A program made the position numbers and the translations under genes. A stretch of DNA of 64,000 nt from an uncultured Acidobacteriota bacterium (GTDB taxonomy: Bacteria > Acidobacteriota > Thermoanaerobaculia > Multivoradales > UBA5704): contig OY969474.1 of assembly GCA_963700145.1 (NCBI GenBank), positions 3,712,001 to 3,776,000 of the forward strand. The letters run 5' to 3'. Under the pieces are notes generated by a model, which was not told where the DNA came from, ran no database searches, and saw nothing but the letters and a program-made list of their open reading frames with translations. Positions 19,661 through 28,925 of this stretch are shown here, in pieces (the first letter of the stretch is position 1; each line of letters opens with the position of its first letter).

Positions 19661-20944
19661 CTAGCGTGAGGCGGTAATCCGCTCCAGGCCGCCGACGAAG
19701 GGGCGCAGGGCGGCGGGCAGCTCGACCGAGCCGTCCTCCTGCTGGCCGTTCTCGAGGATGGCGACCAGCGTCCGCCCCACCGCCAGCCCGGAGCCGTTCA
19801 GCGTGTGCAGCAGGCGCGGCTTGCCGCCGCCGGGCGGGCGGTAGCGCAGGTCGGCGCGGCGGGCCTGGAAGTCCTCGCAGTTGCTGCACGAGGAGATCTC
19901 GCGGTAGGCCCCCTGGCCCGGCAGCCAGACCTCCAAGTCGTAGGTCTTTGCGGCCGCGAACCCCAGATCGCCGGTCGAGAGCGTCACCACGCGGTAGGGG
20001 AGCTCCAGGATCTGCAGCACGCGCTCGGCGTGGCCGGTCAGCTCCTCCAGCGCTTGGTAGCTCGTCTCCGGCGCCGTCAGCTGCACCAGCTCGACCTTGT
20101 TGAACTGGTGCTGGCGGATCAGGCCGCGCACGTCCTTGCCGTAGGAGCCGGCCTCGCTGCGGAAGCAGGGCGTGTAGGCGGTGTAGCGGACCGGCAGCCG
20201 CTCCCCCTCCAGGACCTCGCCGCGGTGGAGGTTGGTGAGCGGCACCTCGGCGGTCGGCACCAGGTAGTAGTCGGTGCCCTCCAGCCGGAAGAGGTCCTTC
20301 TCGAACTTCGGCAGCTGTCCGGTGCCGCGCAGCGCGTCAGCGTTGACGATGAAGGGCGGCAGCACCTCGGTGTAGCCGTGCTCGCGGGTGTGGAGGTCGA
20401 GCATGAAGGCGATGAGCCCGCGCTCGAGCGCGGCGCCGGCGCCGAAGTAGGCGGCGAAACGCGCGCCGGCGACCTTGGCGGCGCGCTCGAAGTCGAGGAT
20501 GCCGAGAGCCGGCCCCAGCTCCCAGTGCGGCTTGGGCGCGAAGGGAAACTCCGGCGGCTCGCCCACCGTGCGCTCGCAGCGGTTGGCGGTCTCGTCGGCG
20601 CCGGCCGGGACGCTGGCGTGCGGCAGGTTGGGGAGGGCGAGCTCGATCTCGGCGAGGTCGCGCTCGATCTCGGCGAGACGCGCCTCCAGCTCCTCGATGC
20701 GCGCCTTGCCGTGCGCCACCTCGGCCATCTCGGCGGCGGCGTCCCCGCCCTGCTGCTTGGCGCGCCCGACGGCGCGCGACAGCTCGTTGCGCCGCCGCTT
20801 CAGCTCCTCGACCTCGACCAGCGCCGCGCGCCGCTCGCCGTCGAGGCGCAGCCAGGCGTCGAGCACGCGCGGATCGAGATTGCGGCTCGCCAGCCCGGCG
20901 CGCACGCGCTCGGGGTCCTCGCGCAGCAGCTCCCGCGACAGCAT
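19661..20944 (-). CDS. serS: Serine--tRNA ligase
   Basis: [52 protein letters not shown]. Confidence 0.98.
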   Translation of the reverse strand: MLSRELLREDPERVRAGLASRNLDPRVLDAWLRLDGERRAALVEVEELKRRRNELSRAVGRAKQQGGDAAAEMAEVAHGKARIEELEARLAEIERDLAEIELALPNLPHASVPAGADETANRCERTVGEPPEFPFAPKPHWELGPALGILDFERAAKVAGARFAAYFGAGAALERGLIAFMLDLHTREHGYTEVLPPFIVNADALRGTGQLPKFEKDLFRLEGTDYYLVPTAEVPLTNLHRGEVLEGERLPVRYTAYTPCFRSEAGSYGKDVRGLIRQHQFNKVELVQLTAPETSYQALEELTGHAERVLQILELPYRVVTLSTGDLGFAAAKTYDLEVWLPGQGAYREISSCSNCEDFQARRADLRYRPPGGGKPRLLHTLNGSGLAVGRTLVAILENGQQEDGSVELPAALRPFVGGLERITASR

Positions 20945-21017
20945 GGCGCGGCAGTGTAGCCGATGAGCAGCGGGGAGGTGGGCGAAGGCAAAGGGGTTAT
21001 GGGGATGTCCTCGGCGC

Positions 21018-22253
21018 GTGTTTCGTACACTCTTGCTAGTGATCGCCGCCCTCGCGCGCCTTGCGCCGCCGCTCGCCGCGTTTCTCGCGATGGTGAGCTA
21101 CTCCGCGCAGGAGGTCTCGACCGCATCGGCCGCCGAGACCTCCGCTCTCGCTTTTTACGCCACGGTCGTGCTGCTGGCGGTGGCGGCGCTGGCCCGGCCC
21201 GGCGCGGCGGAGGCGCTGCTCGGGAGCGTCCTGGCAGTGGCCGCCGTCTGGGTGCTGCCGCACGGGCCGCTGCGCGAGGGGACGGTGGCGGCGCTCCTCG
21301 TCGCGCTCTTGGCGATCGCGGCGGCGCGGCGGCTGGCGGCCGAGCGCGGCCGCGACACCCTGCGGCTCGACGTGGCGCTGCCGCTGGCGCTTGGCGCCCA
21401 GGCGCTGCTGCGCAGCGTCGTGCTCCTGCCGCCGCAGCTCGGCGACCTCGGCTGGCGGACGCCGGTGATCCTGCTGGTGCTGCCGGTGGCGGCGGCGGCG
21501 GCCATGACCGTGATCGCGCGGCGGCTGGGGACGGCGCCGGCGTTGCTGGCCGGCGGCGTCGCTGCCCTCGCCGGGCCTGGGTGGAACGTCAAGACGACGC
21601 TCGCGCTGCTCGCCGTCGCGGCGGCGGCGCTGCTGCTGCCGCGCCGCTGGCTGCCGCCGGCGCGCTTCCCGGCGGGGCGCCGGCCCGCGCTGCGGGCGCT
21701 CGGCGCCGCCGTCGCCGCGCTCCTCGTCATCGCGGCCCTGCTCGCCGCGCCGCCCTGGCTGCGCGCCGAGCCGGCCGCGGCGCTCCTCCGCGTCCCCGCC
21801 CCGCCGCGCGCTTCCGTCGCGCCGCTGCCGGGCGACGTGACGCTCGGCGCCGCGAGCCCGGTCTGGGAGGCGGCGCTGCCGCCCGCAACGTTCCGCGCCC
21901 GCACCGTCGTCCTCGACTCGACCCTCGCCAACTCGGCGCCCCTGCCGCGCGGCGCGCGCGTCGCCACCGTCACGCTGCGCGACCTCGCGGGCTCCCTGCA
22001 CGGCTTTCCGGTGCGCGCCGGCATCGACACCGGCGAGTGGGCCGCCGGCCGCGCCGACGTCGCGGCGGGACTCCGCGCCGGCGCGCCGGAGCCGTGGCTC
22101 TCCTGGGTCGTCGGCGACTACATGGCCCGGCGCTACCGCGCGCGATGGACGTTCCCGGTCGCGGTCGCTCCGACCTCCCTACGGATCGAGCGCGACCCCG
22201 CCCTGCCGCCGGAGGTGCTCCTGTCGATCCATCACTTGGAGCTGCGCCCCTGA
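21018..22253 (+). CDS. Hypothetical polytopic membrane protein with C-terminal extracellular beta domain
   Basis: Many hydrophobic helices followed by a soluble domain; overlaps the next gene. Confidence 0.65.
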   Translation: MFRTLLLVIAALARLAPPLAAFLAMVSYSAQEVSTASAAETSALAFYATVVLLAVAALARPGAAEALLGSVLAVAAVWVLPHGPLREGTVAALLVALLAIAAARRLAAERGRDTLRLDVALPLALGAQALLRSVVLLPPQLGDLGWRTPVILLVLPVAAAAAMTVIARRLGTAPALLAGGVAALAGPGWNVKTTLALLAVAAAALLLPRRWLPPARFPAGRRPALRALGAAVAALLVIAALLAAPPWLRAEPAAALLRVPAPPRASVAPLPGDVTLGAASPVWEAALPPATFRARTVVLDSTLANSAPLPRGARVATVTLRDLAGSLHGFPVRAGIDTGEWAAGRADVAAGLRAGAPEPWLSWVVGDYMARRYRARWTFPVAVAPTSLRIERDPALPPEVLLSIHHLELRP

Positions 22254-24391
22254 GCTCCCTCCTGTCGCTCCCGCCCGGCGATCCCTTCCGCGGCACCCTC
22301 GTCCTCCTCCCGTTCCTCCTCGCCGGCTTCTACTGGCTGCAGCGCGCGGTGCGGGTGCGCGGCGGGCGCCGGCTCGCGCCCGCGGGGACGATCGGTGAGC
22401 TCGCCGCCCTCGCGCTCCTGGTCGTCGCCGTCCTGGCGCGCCCGCACCTCGGCCTTGCCGCCGCCGAGCCGGTCCTCGCCGCCGGCCTCGCGCTCGTCCT
22501 CGCCCACCGCGTCGCCCGCCAGCTCCTGGCGGCCCGGCCGCTCCTCGGCCGCGGTGGCTCGCCGCGCCGTCCGTCGCCCGTCTTCTTTGTCCTGCCGCTC
22601 CTCGCCTACCTTGCGCTCGTCCCCTGGTCGGCCGCGCGCCGCCAGCCGGACGGCGACGAGCCGTTCTACCTTCTCATCACCCACAGCTTGGTCCACGACC
22701 GCGACGCCGACCTCGCGAACGACTACGCCGGCGCGAGCTGGCGGGCGTTCATGGACCGGCCGCTCGAGCCGCAGCCGGGCGATCCGGTCGGCCCGCGCGG
22801 CCAGCGCTACTCGCGCCACAACGAGCTGCTGCCGATGGCGCTCGCTCCGGCCTACGCGGTCGGGGGGAAGCTCGGCGCGCTGGCGACGATGGCGGCCTTC
22901 GCCGCCGCCCTCGCCTGGACGACGCTGCGTCTCGCCCGGCACTACCTGCCGGCCCGGCCGGGGGCGGCCCTCGCCGCCTACGCACTCGTCGCCTTCACCC
23001 CGCCGCTGCTGCTCTACGCACACCAGGTCTGGGTCGAGGTGCCGGCGGCGCTGCTGGCGATGCTGGCGCTCGACCGCATCCGCAGCGCCGGCGGCCGCCC
23101 CTGGCGCCGCCGCGACTGGCTCGGCATTGGCCTGCCGATCCTCCTGCTGCCGCTGCTCAAGATCCGCTTCATGCTCGTGGCCCTGCCGCTCCTCCTCCTC
23201 GCCGGGTGGCGCTCGGGGCGGCCGCGCGGGCCCGTGCTCGCGCTCGGCGCCCTCCTCGCCGCGGTCGGCGGCGGCATCCTGGTCTACAACCACATCCATT
23301 TCGGCAACCCGCTCAAGATCCACACCCTGGACGAGCTCGAGCCGACGCGCTACGGCGCGCTCGACTACCTGCTCGGCGGGCTCGGCCTCTTCTTCGACGC
23401 CGGCTTCGGCCTCTTCGCCGCGGCGCCGCTCTGGCTCCTGCTACTGCCGGCGGCTCTCCTGCTCGCCGGCCGCGGCCGGTCGCTCCTCGCCGACCTCGTG
23501 GTGCTCGTCCTGCCCTACCTCCTCCTGGTGCTGCCGCGGCCGGAGTGGTACGGCGGGTGGTCGCCGCCTTTCCGCTACGCGCTGGTGACGCTGCCGCTCC
23601 TGGGGATCGCCGCTGCGTCGCTCTTCGAGCAGCGCCGGCGCGCCGGCGCCCGCTTCCTCCTCGCCGGCCTCGGCGCGCTGACCCTGGTGCTGGCGCTCCT
23701 CTGGATCGCCGTTCCCGGCTGGACCTACAACTTCGCGCACGGCCGCACCTACCTGCTCGACCACCTCGGCGAGCGGCTCGGCGCCGACGTGGCGCGCCTC
23801 TTCCCCAGCTCGGTGCGGCCGCGCCTGGCCACCTGGCTCTGGCCGCTCGCCGCGGCGGTCGCGGTGCCGGCGCTCTGGGCCTGGCGCGGCCGCCGGCGGA
23901 CGGCGAAGCTCGCCGGCGCCGCCGCCGGCGTCACCGCGTTGCTTCTCGCGGCCGCCGCCCTGCCGTTCCTCGCCGCGCGCCTGCCGACGCGCACGGTGGA
24001 GATCGAGGACCCGCAGGTGGAGAAGAGCGGCGGCCACCTCTACCCCGAGCTCTGGGTGGTCGAGCGCACCCGCTACCGCGGCGGCTGGGTGCTGCGCGTC
24101 GGCGAGCGGCTGGCGGCGCCGGTCGTGCCCGGCGGCCGCCGCGCGCGCGTCACCCTCGACGCCGAGTTCATCCGCAACCAGCCGGTCCCCTTCGCCCTCG
24201 ACGTCCGCGCCGGGAGCACGCACCTCGCCACCTGGCGGCCGGCGCGCGCCCGCGTACGCGAGCGGCTGGAGCTCGGCCCCTTCGACTGGCCGGCGGGGGA
24301 GCCGCTGGTGCTCGAAGCCTTCGGGCCGCACCCGCCGGGGCCGCTCAACGGCGTGCTGCTCGACCGGGTGGAGCTCGACTGGGTTGATTAG
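22250..24391 (+). CDS. Polytopic membrane protein, probable GT-C-type glycosyltransferase (CTG start inferred)
   Basis: GGAG then CTG overlapping the upstream TGA. DGDEPFY acidic loop after the early TM helices, about 13 TM segments, W.GGWSPPFRY. Confidence 0.7.
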   Translation: MSSLLSLPPGDPFRGTLVLLPFLLAGFYWLQRAVRVRGGRRLAPAGTIGELAALALLVVAVLARPHLGLAAAEPVLAAGLALVLAHRVARQLLAARPLLGRGGSPRRPSPVFFVLPLLAYLALVPWSAARRQPDGDEPFYLLITHSLVHDRDADLANDYAGASWRAFMDRPLEPQPGDPVGPRGQRYSRHNELLPMALAPAYAVGGKLGALATMAAFAAALAWTTLRLARHYLPARPGAALAAYALVAFTPPLLLYAHQVWVEVPAALLAMLALDRIRSAGGRPWRRRDWLGIGLPILLLPLLKIRFMLVALPLLLLAGWRSGRPRGPVLALGALLAAVGGGILVYNHIHFGNPLKIHTLDELEPTRYGALDYLLGGLGLFFDAGFGLFAAAPLWLLLLPAALLLAGRGRSLLADLVVLVLPYLLLVLPRPEWYGGWSPPFRYALVTLPLLGIAAASLFEQRRRAGARFLLAGLGALTLVLALLWIAVPGWTYNFAHGRTYLLDHLGERLGADVARLFPSSVRPRLATWLWPLAAAVAVPALWAWRGRRRTAKLAGAAAGVTALLLAAAALPFLAARLPTRTVEIEDPQVEKSGGHLYPELWVVERTRYRGGWVLRVGERLAAPVVPGGRRARVTLDAEFIRNQPVPFALDVRAGSTHLATWRPARARVRERLELGPFDWPAGEPLVLEAFGPHPPGPLNGVLLDRVELDWVD

Positions 24392-24398
24392 CCCTGCC

Positions 24399-24505
24399 CC
24401 CAGATCCTTCGCTTCGCTCAGGATGACGGAGTTGGGGATGGCGGAGTTGGGGTCGTGCGCGAGATGACCCTTCCTCGTCATCCTGAGCGAAGCGAAGGAT
24501 CTGGG
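24399..24505. repeat. Pair of inverted REP-like palindromic elements
   Basis: CCCAGATCCTTCGCTTCGCTCAGGATGAC (24399-24427) and its exact reverse complement (24477-24505). Confidence 0.9.
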
Positions 24506-25459
24506 CGGGGGAAACTCGTTGCGGTCGTCCCGACGCTCGGCGCGAGCCCCTTCCTCGTCGAATGCCTTTCTGCCCTGCGCTCCCAGGAGGAGGTAGCGGT
24601 CGAGGTGATCCTCGTCGATCAGAGCCCGGCCGGCGTCGAGGTGCCTGCCGGCGCCGATCGCATCCTCCGCCCCGGCCGCAACCTCGGCTTCGCCGCCGGC
24701 ACCAACCTCGGCCTGCAAGCGGCGGACGCCGCCGCGGAATGGCTCGCCACCGTCAACGACGACGCCGTCATCGAGCCCGGCTGGGCCGCCTCCCTGATCG
24801 CCGCCCTCACTCAGCAACCCAACTCTGCGGCGGCGCAGGGCGTGAACCTGCGCCTCGACGACCCCGCCGTCGCGGACGGCTGGGGGCTCACCTGGAACCG
24901 CCGCTGGCAGGCCGTGCAGCTCGGTCACGGCAAGCCGCCCCCACCCGCCACCGACCCCCCACGTGAAGTCTTCGGCGTCTCCGCCACCGCCACCGTCTAC
25001 CGCCGCGCCGCCCTCGCCGCCGTCGCCCTTCCGAACGGCGATCTGTTCGACTCCCGCCTCGGCTCCTGGTACGAAGACGCCGACCTCGCCTCCCGACTGC
25101 GCGCCGCCGGCTGGAGCGCGCTGTCGGTGCCGGCGGCGCGGGCGCGCCACGCGGGCTCGGCGACCGGCGCGCGCGGCGCCGCCTCGGCCCGCCGCCGCTG
25201 GGCGGCGGTCTACGGCAACCGCCACCTGGTGCTCGCGCGCCTCCTCGGCGGCGGCTACTGGCCGCGCCTGCCCGCGCTCCTCGCCCGCGACCTCCTCGAC
25301 CTCTTGCGCGCCGCTTTCGCGGTTGACCCGTCGCGCCTCGCCGGCATCCCGGCCGGCTGGCTGCGCGCCGCGCGGCGCCTTCCCGCCTTCGCCCGCCGCG
25401 GCCGTCCGGCGCCGCCGCTCGCCGAGGTCGAGCGGCTGCGGGTACGCTCTCGGGAGTGA
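24464..25459 (+). CDS. Glycosyltransferase family 2
   Basis: VILVDQ, NLGFAAGTN, TVNDD, EDADL..RLR. Confidence 0.88.
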   Translation: MTLPRHPERSEGSGRGKLVAVVPTLGASPFLVECLSALRSQEEVAVEVILVDQSPAGVEVPAGADRILRPGRNLGFAAGTNLGLQAADAAAEWLATVNDDAVIEPGWAASLIAALTQQPNSAAAQGVNLRLDDPAVADGWGLTWNRRWQAVQLGHGKPPPPATDPPREVFGVSATATVYRRAALAAVALPNGDLFDSRLGSWYEDADLASRLRAAGWSALSVPAARARHAGSATGARGAASARRRWAAVYGNRHLVLARLLGGGYWPRLPALLARDLLDLLRAAFAVDPSRLAGIPAGWLRAARRLPAFARRGRPAPPLAEVERLRVRSRE

Positions 25460-27486
25460 CGGAGCCCCTCCTCAGCGGCGTCGTCGTCCACTGGCGCAAC
25501 GAAGAGCACCTCGCCGAGCTGCTGGCCGCTTGGCCGCGCGACCCGCGCTTCGAGCTGATCGTCGTGGACAACGGCTCGGAGCCGCCGCTCGCGGCGGCGC
25601 CGCCGGCGCGCCTCCTCGCCCCCGGCCGCAACCTCGGCTTTGCCGGCGGCGCCAACGCCGGGATCGCCGCCGCCCGCGCGCCGCTGGTGCTGCTGCTCAA
25701 CCCGGACGCGGTGCCCGAGCCAGGGGCGCTGGAGGCATTGCTCGACGGCTTCGCCGTCCACCCGGAGGCCGCCGGCCTCGTGCCGCGCCTCGCCGGCCCG
25801 GACGGCACGCCGCAGCACGCCTGGCAGCTCCGCCGCCTTCCCGTCGCCCGCGAGGTCTTACTCCAGGCCTTCCTCGTGCCGCCGCCGACCGGCGAGCGCC
25901 GCGAGCCGCTCGCCGGCACCGCGGTCGAGCAGCCGGCGGCGGCGGCCCTGGCGCTGCGGCGCGAGGCGCTCGCCGCGGCCGGCGGGCTCGACCCGGGCTT
26001 CCACCCCGCCTGGTTCGAGGACGTGGACCTCGCCCGCCGCCTTCGCGCCGCCGGCCTCTCCGTCCTCTACTGGCCGGCCGCGCGCTTCCGCCACCACCTC
26101 GGCGGCACCGTCCCGCGCCTGGGCTACGGCCCCTTCCTCTGGATCTACAACCGGAACCTCGTGCGCTACCTCGGCAAGCACCACGGCCGCGCCTGGGCGG
26201 CGGCGGCGCTCGCCGCGCTGCCGCTCGGCATGGCGCTACGGATCGCCCTGCTGCCGCTGCGCAAACCGCGGCGCGCGGCGACTCGAACGGAAGCGGCACG
26301 CGGGCTTCTCGGCGTCGCCGCCGGCGCGCTGACAGGCTGGCGCCGGCCACGGGCGTTGGCAGTGGAGTGGTCTTGTCATCCCGAGCGTGAGCGAGGGATC
26401 TGGGCGGGGGGCGGTGCGCCAGACGGTGTGGATGCCGGAGGCTTTCGCGCCACCCTTCCCCCAGATCCCTCGCTCTCGCTCGGGATAACTGGGCATGCCG
26501 TCGCCGTCTGCATCGTCACCTACGACTCCGCGGACGACCTCCCCGCCTGCCTCGCGGCCGTCGGCGGGCTCGACCACCGGCCGCTGGAGCTGGTGATCGT
26601 CGATTGCGCCAGCCGCGACGGCAGCCTCGAGCGGGCGCGCGAAGCCGCTCCCGCCGGCATCCCGCTCGCCGCCGTCCAGCTCGCCGACAACCGCGGCTTC
26701 GCCGGCGGCATGAACGAGGGCCTGGCGCGCACGGCGGCTCCCTTCGTCCTCACCCTCAACGCCGACGCCCGTCCGCACCCATCGTTTGTGACTCGCCTCC
26801 TGGCGCGCCTCGAAGCGCCGCTCCCGGGCGGCGCCCGCGCCGGCGCTGTCGCCGGCCGCCTCCTCCGCCCCGGGGATGGGGGACCGCCGCGCCTCGACGC
26901 CTGCGGCATGCGCCTCTCCCCGGCCTGGCGCCACTTCGACCGCGGCTCTGGCGAGCCGGACCGCGGCCAGTACGCCGCGCCCGAGCGAGTGTTCGGCGCC
27001 ACCGGCGCCGCGTCCCTCTTCCGCCGCGAGGCGCTCCTCGATGCCGCGGTGGACGGCGAGGTCTTCGACCCGCGCTTCCACTCCTTCCGCGAGGACGCCG
27101 AGCTCTGCTTCCGCCTGCGCGAGCGCGGCTGGGAGGTGCTCTACGAGCCGGCGGCCCTGGCCGAGCACCGCCGGCGCGTCCTCCCCGAGCGGCGCGCCGC
27201 GCTGCCGCCGGCCGTCAACTACCACTCGCTCAAGAACCGCTACCTCCTGCGCCTCTACCACCAGACCGCCGGCAACTTCCTCTGGACCCTGCCGTTCACG
27301 CTGGCGCGCGACCTCCTCGCCCTTGGCTACGTCCTCCTCCGCGAGCGCTCCTCGCTGCCGGCGTACGCCTGGCTGTGGCGCCACCGGCGGGAACTCTGGG
27401 AGAGGCGGCGCGCCATCCAGTCCCGGCGCCGGCTTCCGTCGCGGGCGATCGACCGCTGGTTCCTCTGCTCGGGGGAGCCGCTGTGA
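25456..27486 (+). CDS. Tandem (two-domain) glycosyltransferase family 2
   Basis: Two complete GT2 domains (IVVDNGS/NLGFAGG/LNPD/EDVDL and IVDCAS/NRGFAGG/LNAD/EDAEL) joined by a repeat-encoded linker. Confidence 0.85.
   Translation: MTEPLLSGVVVHWRNEEHLAELLAAWPRDPRFELIVVDNGSEPPLAAAPPARLLAPGRNLGFAGGANAGIAAARAPLVLLLNPDAVPEPGALEALLDGFAVHPEAAGLVPRLAGPDGTPQHAWQLRRLPVAREVLLQAFLVPPPTGERREPLAGTAVEQPAAAALALRREALAAAGGLDPGFHPAWFEDVDLARRLRAAGLSVLYWPAARFRHHLGGTVPRLGYGPFLWIYNRNLVRYLGKHHGRAWAAAALAALPLGMALRIALLPLRKPRRAATRTEAARGLLGVAAGALTGWRRPRALAVEWSCHPERERGIWAGGGAPDGVDAGGFRATLPPDPSLSLGITGHAVAVCIVTYDSADDLPACLAAVGGLDHRPLELVIVDCASRDGSLERAREAAPAGIPLAAVQLADNRGFAGGMNEGLARTAAPFVLTLNADARPHPSFVTRLLARLEAPLPGGARAGAVAGRLLRPGDGGPPRLDACGMRLSPAWRHFDRGSGEPDRGQYAAPERVFGATGAASLFRREALLDAAVDGEVFDPRFHSFREDAELCFRLRERGWEVLYEPAALAEHRRRVLPERRAALPPAVNYHSLKNRYLLRLYHQTAGNFLWTLPFTLARDLLALGYVLLRERSSLPAYAWLWRHRRELWERRRAIQSRRRLPSRAIDRWFLCSGEPL
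26375..26489. repeat. Inverted REP-like pair inside a CDS
   Basis: GTCATCCCGAGCGTGAGCGAGGGATCTGGG (26375-26404) and CCCAGATCCCTCGCTCTCGCTCGGGATAAC (26460-26489). Confidence 0.88.
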
Positions 27487-28622
27487 CCGCCGAGCGTCCC
27501 CTCCGCGTCGCCCTCCTCGGCAGCCGCGGCATCCCCGCCCGCTACGGCGGCTACGAGACGCTGATGGAGGAACTCGCCGCCCGCCTCGTCGCGCGCGGCT
27601 TCGAGGTCACCGTCTACTGCCGCTCGCACACCACGCCGCCCGGCCTTACCCACTACCGCGGCGCCGCGCTCGTCGTGCTGCCGACCGTGCGCACCAAGCA
27701 CCTCGACACGCCCGTCCACACCTTCCTCTCCTGTCTCCACGCCGCCGGCCGCGGCTACGACGCGGCCCTCCTCGTCAACTCCGCCAACGCCCTCTTCGTG
27801 CCGCTCCTGCGCCTCGGCGGCGTCTCCGTCGCTCTCCACGTCGACGGCATCGAGAAGCGGCGCGCCAAGTGGGGCCCGCTCGGCCGTTTCGTCTACGCCG
27901 CCTCCGAGCGCCTCGCCTGCGTCCTGCCCGACGCCCTGGTCACCGACGCCGAGGTCATCCGCCGCCACTACCTCGACCGCTACGGCGCCGACTCCGTCCC
28001 CATCGCCTACGGCGTCGACCCGCGGCCCCCGGCCGAAAAAGGCGTCCTCGCCCGCCTCGGCCTCCGCCCCCGCGGCTACTTCCTCTACGTCAGCCGCTTC
28101 GAGCCCGAGAACAACCCCGACAGAGTCGCCGAGGCCTACCGCGCCGCCGGCGGCGACCTCCCCCTAATCATGGTCGGCACCGCCCCCTACGCCGCCCCCT
28201 TCATCCGCTCCTTCACCGAAGGCGCCGACCCCCGCATCCAGTTCCCCGGCCCCCTCTACGGCGACGGCTACCGCGAGCTCCTAGCCAACGCCCTTGCCTA
28301 CATCCACGCCACCGAAGTAGGCGGCACCCACCCCGCTTTAGTGGAAGCCATGGGCTACGGCAACTGCGTCGTGGTCAACGACACCCCTGAGAACCGAGAA
28401 GTCGCTGGCGAAGCCGCGATCTACTTCCAAGCCCACGATCCCGCCAGCCTGACCGCCGCCCTCGACCGCATCCGCACCGACCCACCCCTAGCCCGCACCC
28501 TAGGCGCCCAAGCCGCAGCCCGAGCCGCCGCTCTGTACAACTGGGACTTAGTCACCGACCAGTACGTCGAGTTGTTCCGCAGCCTGGCCCCCCGCCCAGA
28601 TCCTTCGCTGCGCTCAGGATGA
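27483..28622 (+). CDS. Glycosyltransferase family 4 (DUF1972-type)
   Basis: LGSRGIPARYGGYET, DGIEKRRAKWG, VSRFEPENN, EVGGTHPALVEAMG. Confidence 0.92.
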   Translation: MTAERPLRVALLGSRGIPARYGGYETLMEELAARLVARGFEVTVYCRSHTTPPGLTHYRGAALVVLPTVRTKHLDTPVHTFLSCLHAAGRGYDAALLVNSANALFVPLLRLGGVSVALHVDGIEKRRAKWGPLGRFVYAASERLACVLPDALVTDAEVIRRHYLDRYGADSVPIAYGVDPRPPAEKGVLARLGLRPRGYFLYVSRFEPENNPDRVAEAYRAAGGDLPLIMVGTAPYAAPFIRSFTEGADPRIQFPGPLYGDGYRELLANALAYIHATEVGGTHPALVEAMGYGNCVVVNDTPENREVAGEAAIYFQAHDPASLTAALDRIRTDPPLARTLGAQAAARAAALYNWDLVTDQYVELFRSLAPRPDPSLRSG

Positions 28623-28623
28623 C
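28595..28623. repeat. Single REP-like element supplying the GT4 stop codon
   Basis: CCCAGATCCTTCGCTGCGCTCAGGATGAC, same family as 24399-24427. Confidence 0.88.
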
Positions 28624-28661
28624 AGGGTCTGGGTCTTCCCTTCGATTCAGGCAAAACGGTA

Positions 28662-28827
28662 GCGGGCAGGTGGGGGGTGCTCGCCCGGGGAGCTCTTCGC
28701 AAGCGCCGGCAACTCCTCCAGCAGGCCGCTGCCGAACCCGCGCGCAGCGAAGCGCAGGCGCGCGCCAACCTCCCGAAGTCCAAGAAGCGCGCGCCGGTCC
28801 CCGGGCGAGCACCCCCCGCCTGCCCGC
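28662..28827. repeat. 166-bp element with 30-bp terminal inverted repeats (MITE/REPIN-like)
   Basis: GCGGGCAGGTGGGGGGTGCTCGCCCGGGGA vs TCCCCGGGCGAGCACCCCCCGCCTGCCCGC; 29 of 30 positions complementary. Confidence 0.8.
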
Positions 28828-28925
28828 GGCGATTCACGCCCGCCCACCCCCAAACGCCCAGACCGACAAATACGTTAGAATCAATACAGTGGGAGTGGCT
28901 GCAGTAGGCCCCTGATTTAACTTTC

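Noticed and set aside
20963-24391. Single 1142-aa protein
   Set aside because: The first ~430 aa are a shadow frame of the 21018-22253 gene. The membrane-protein sequence starts at 22250.
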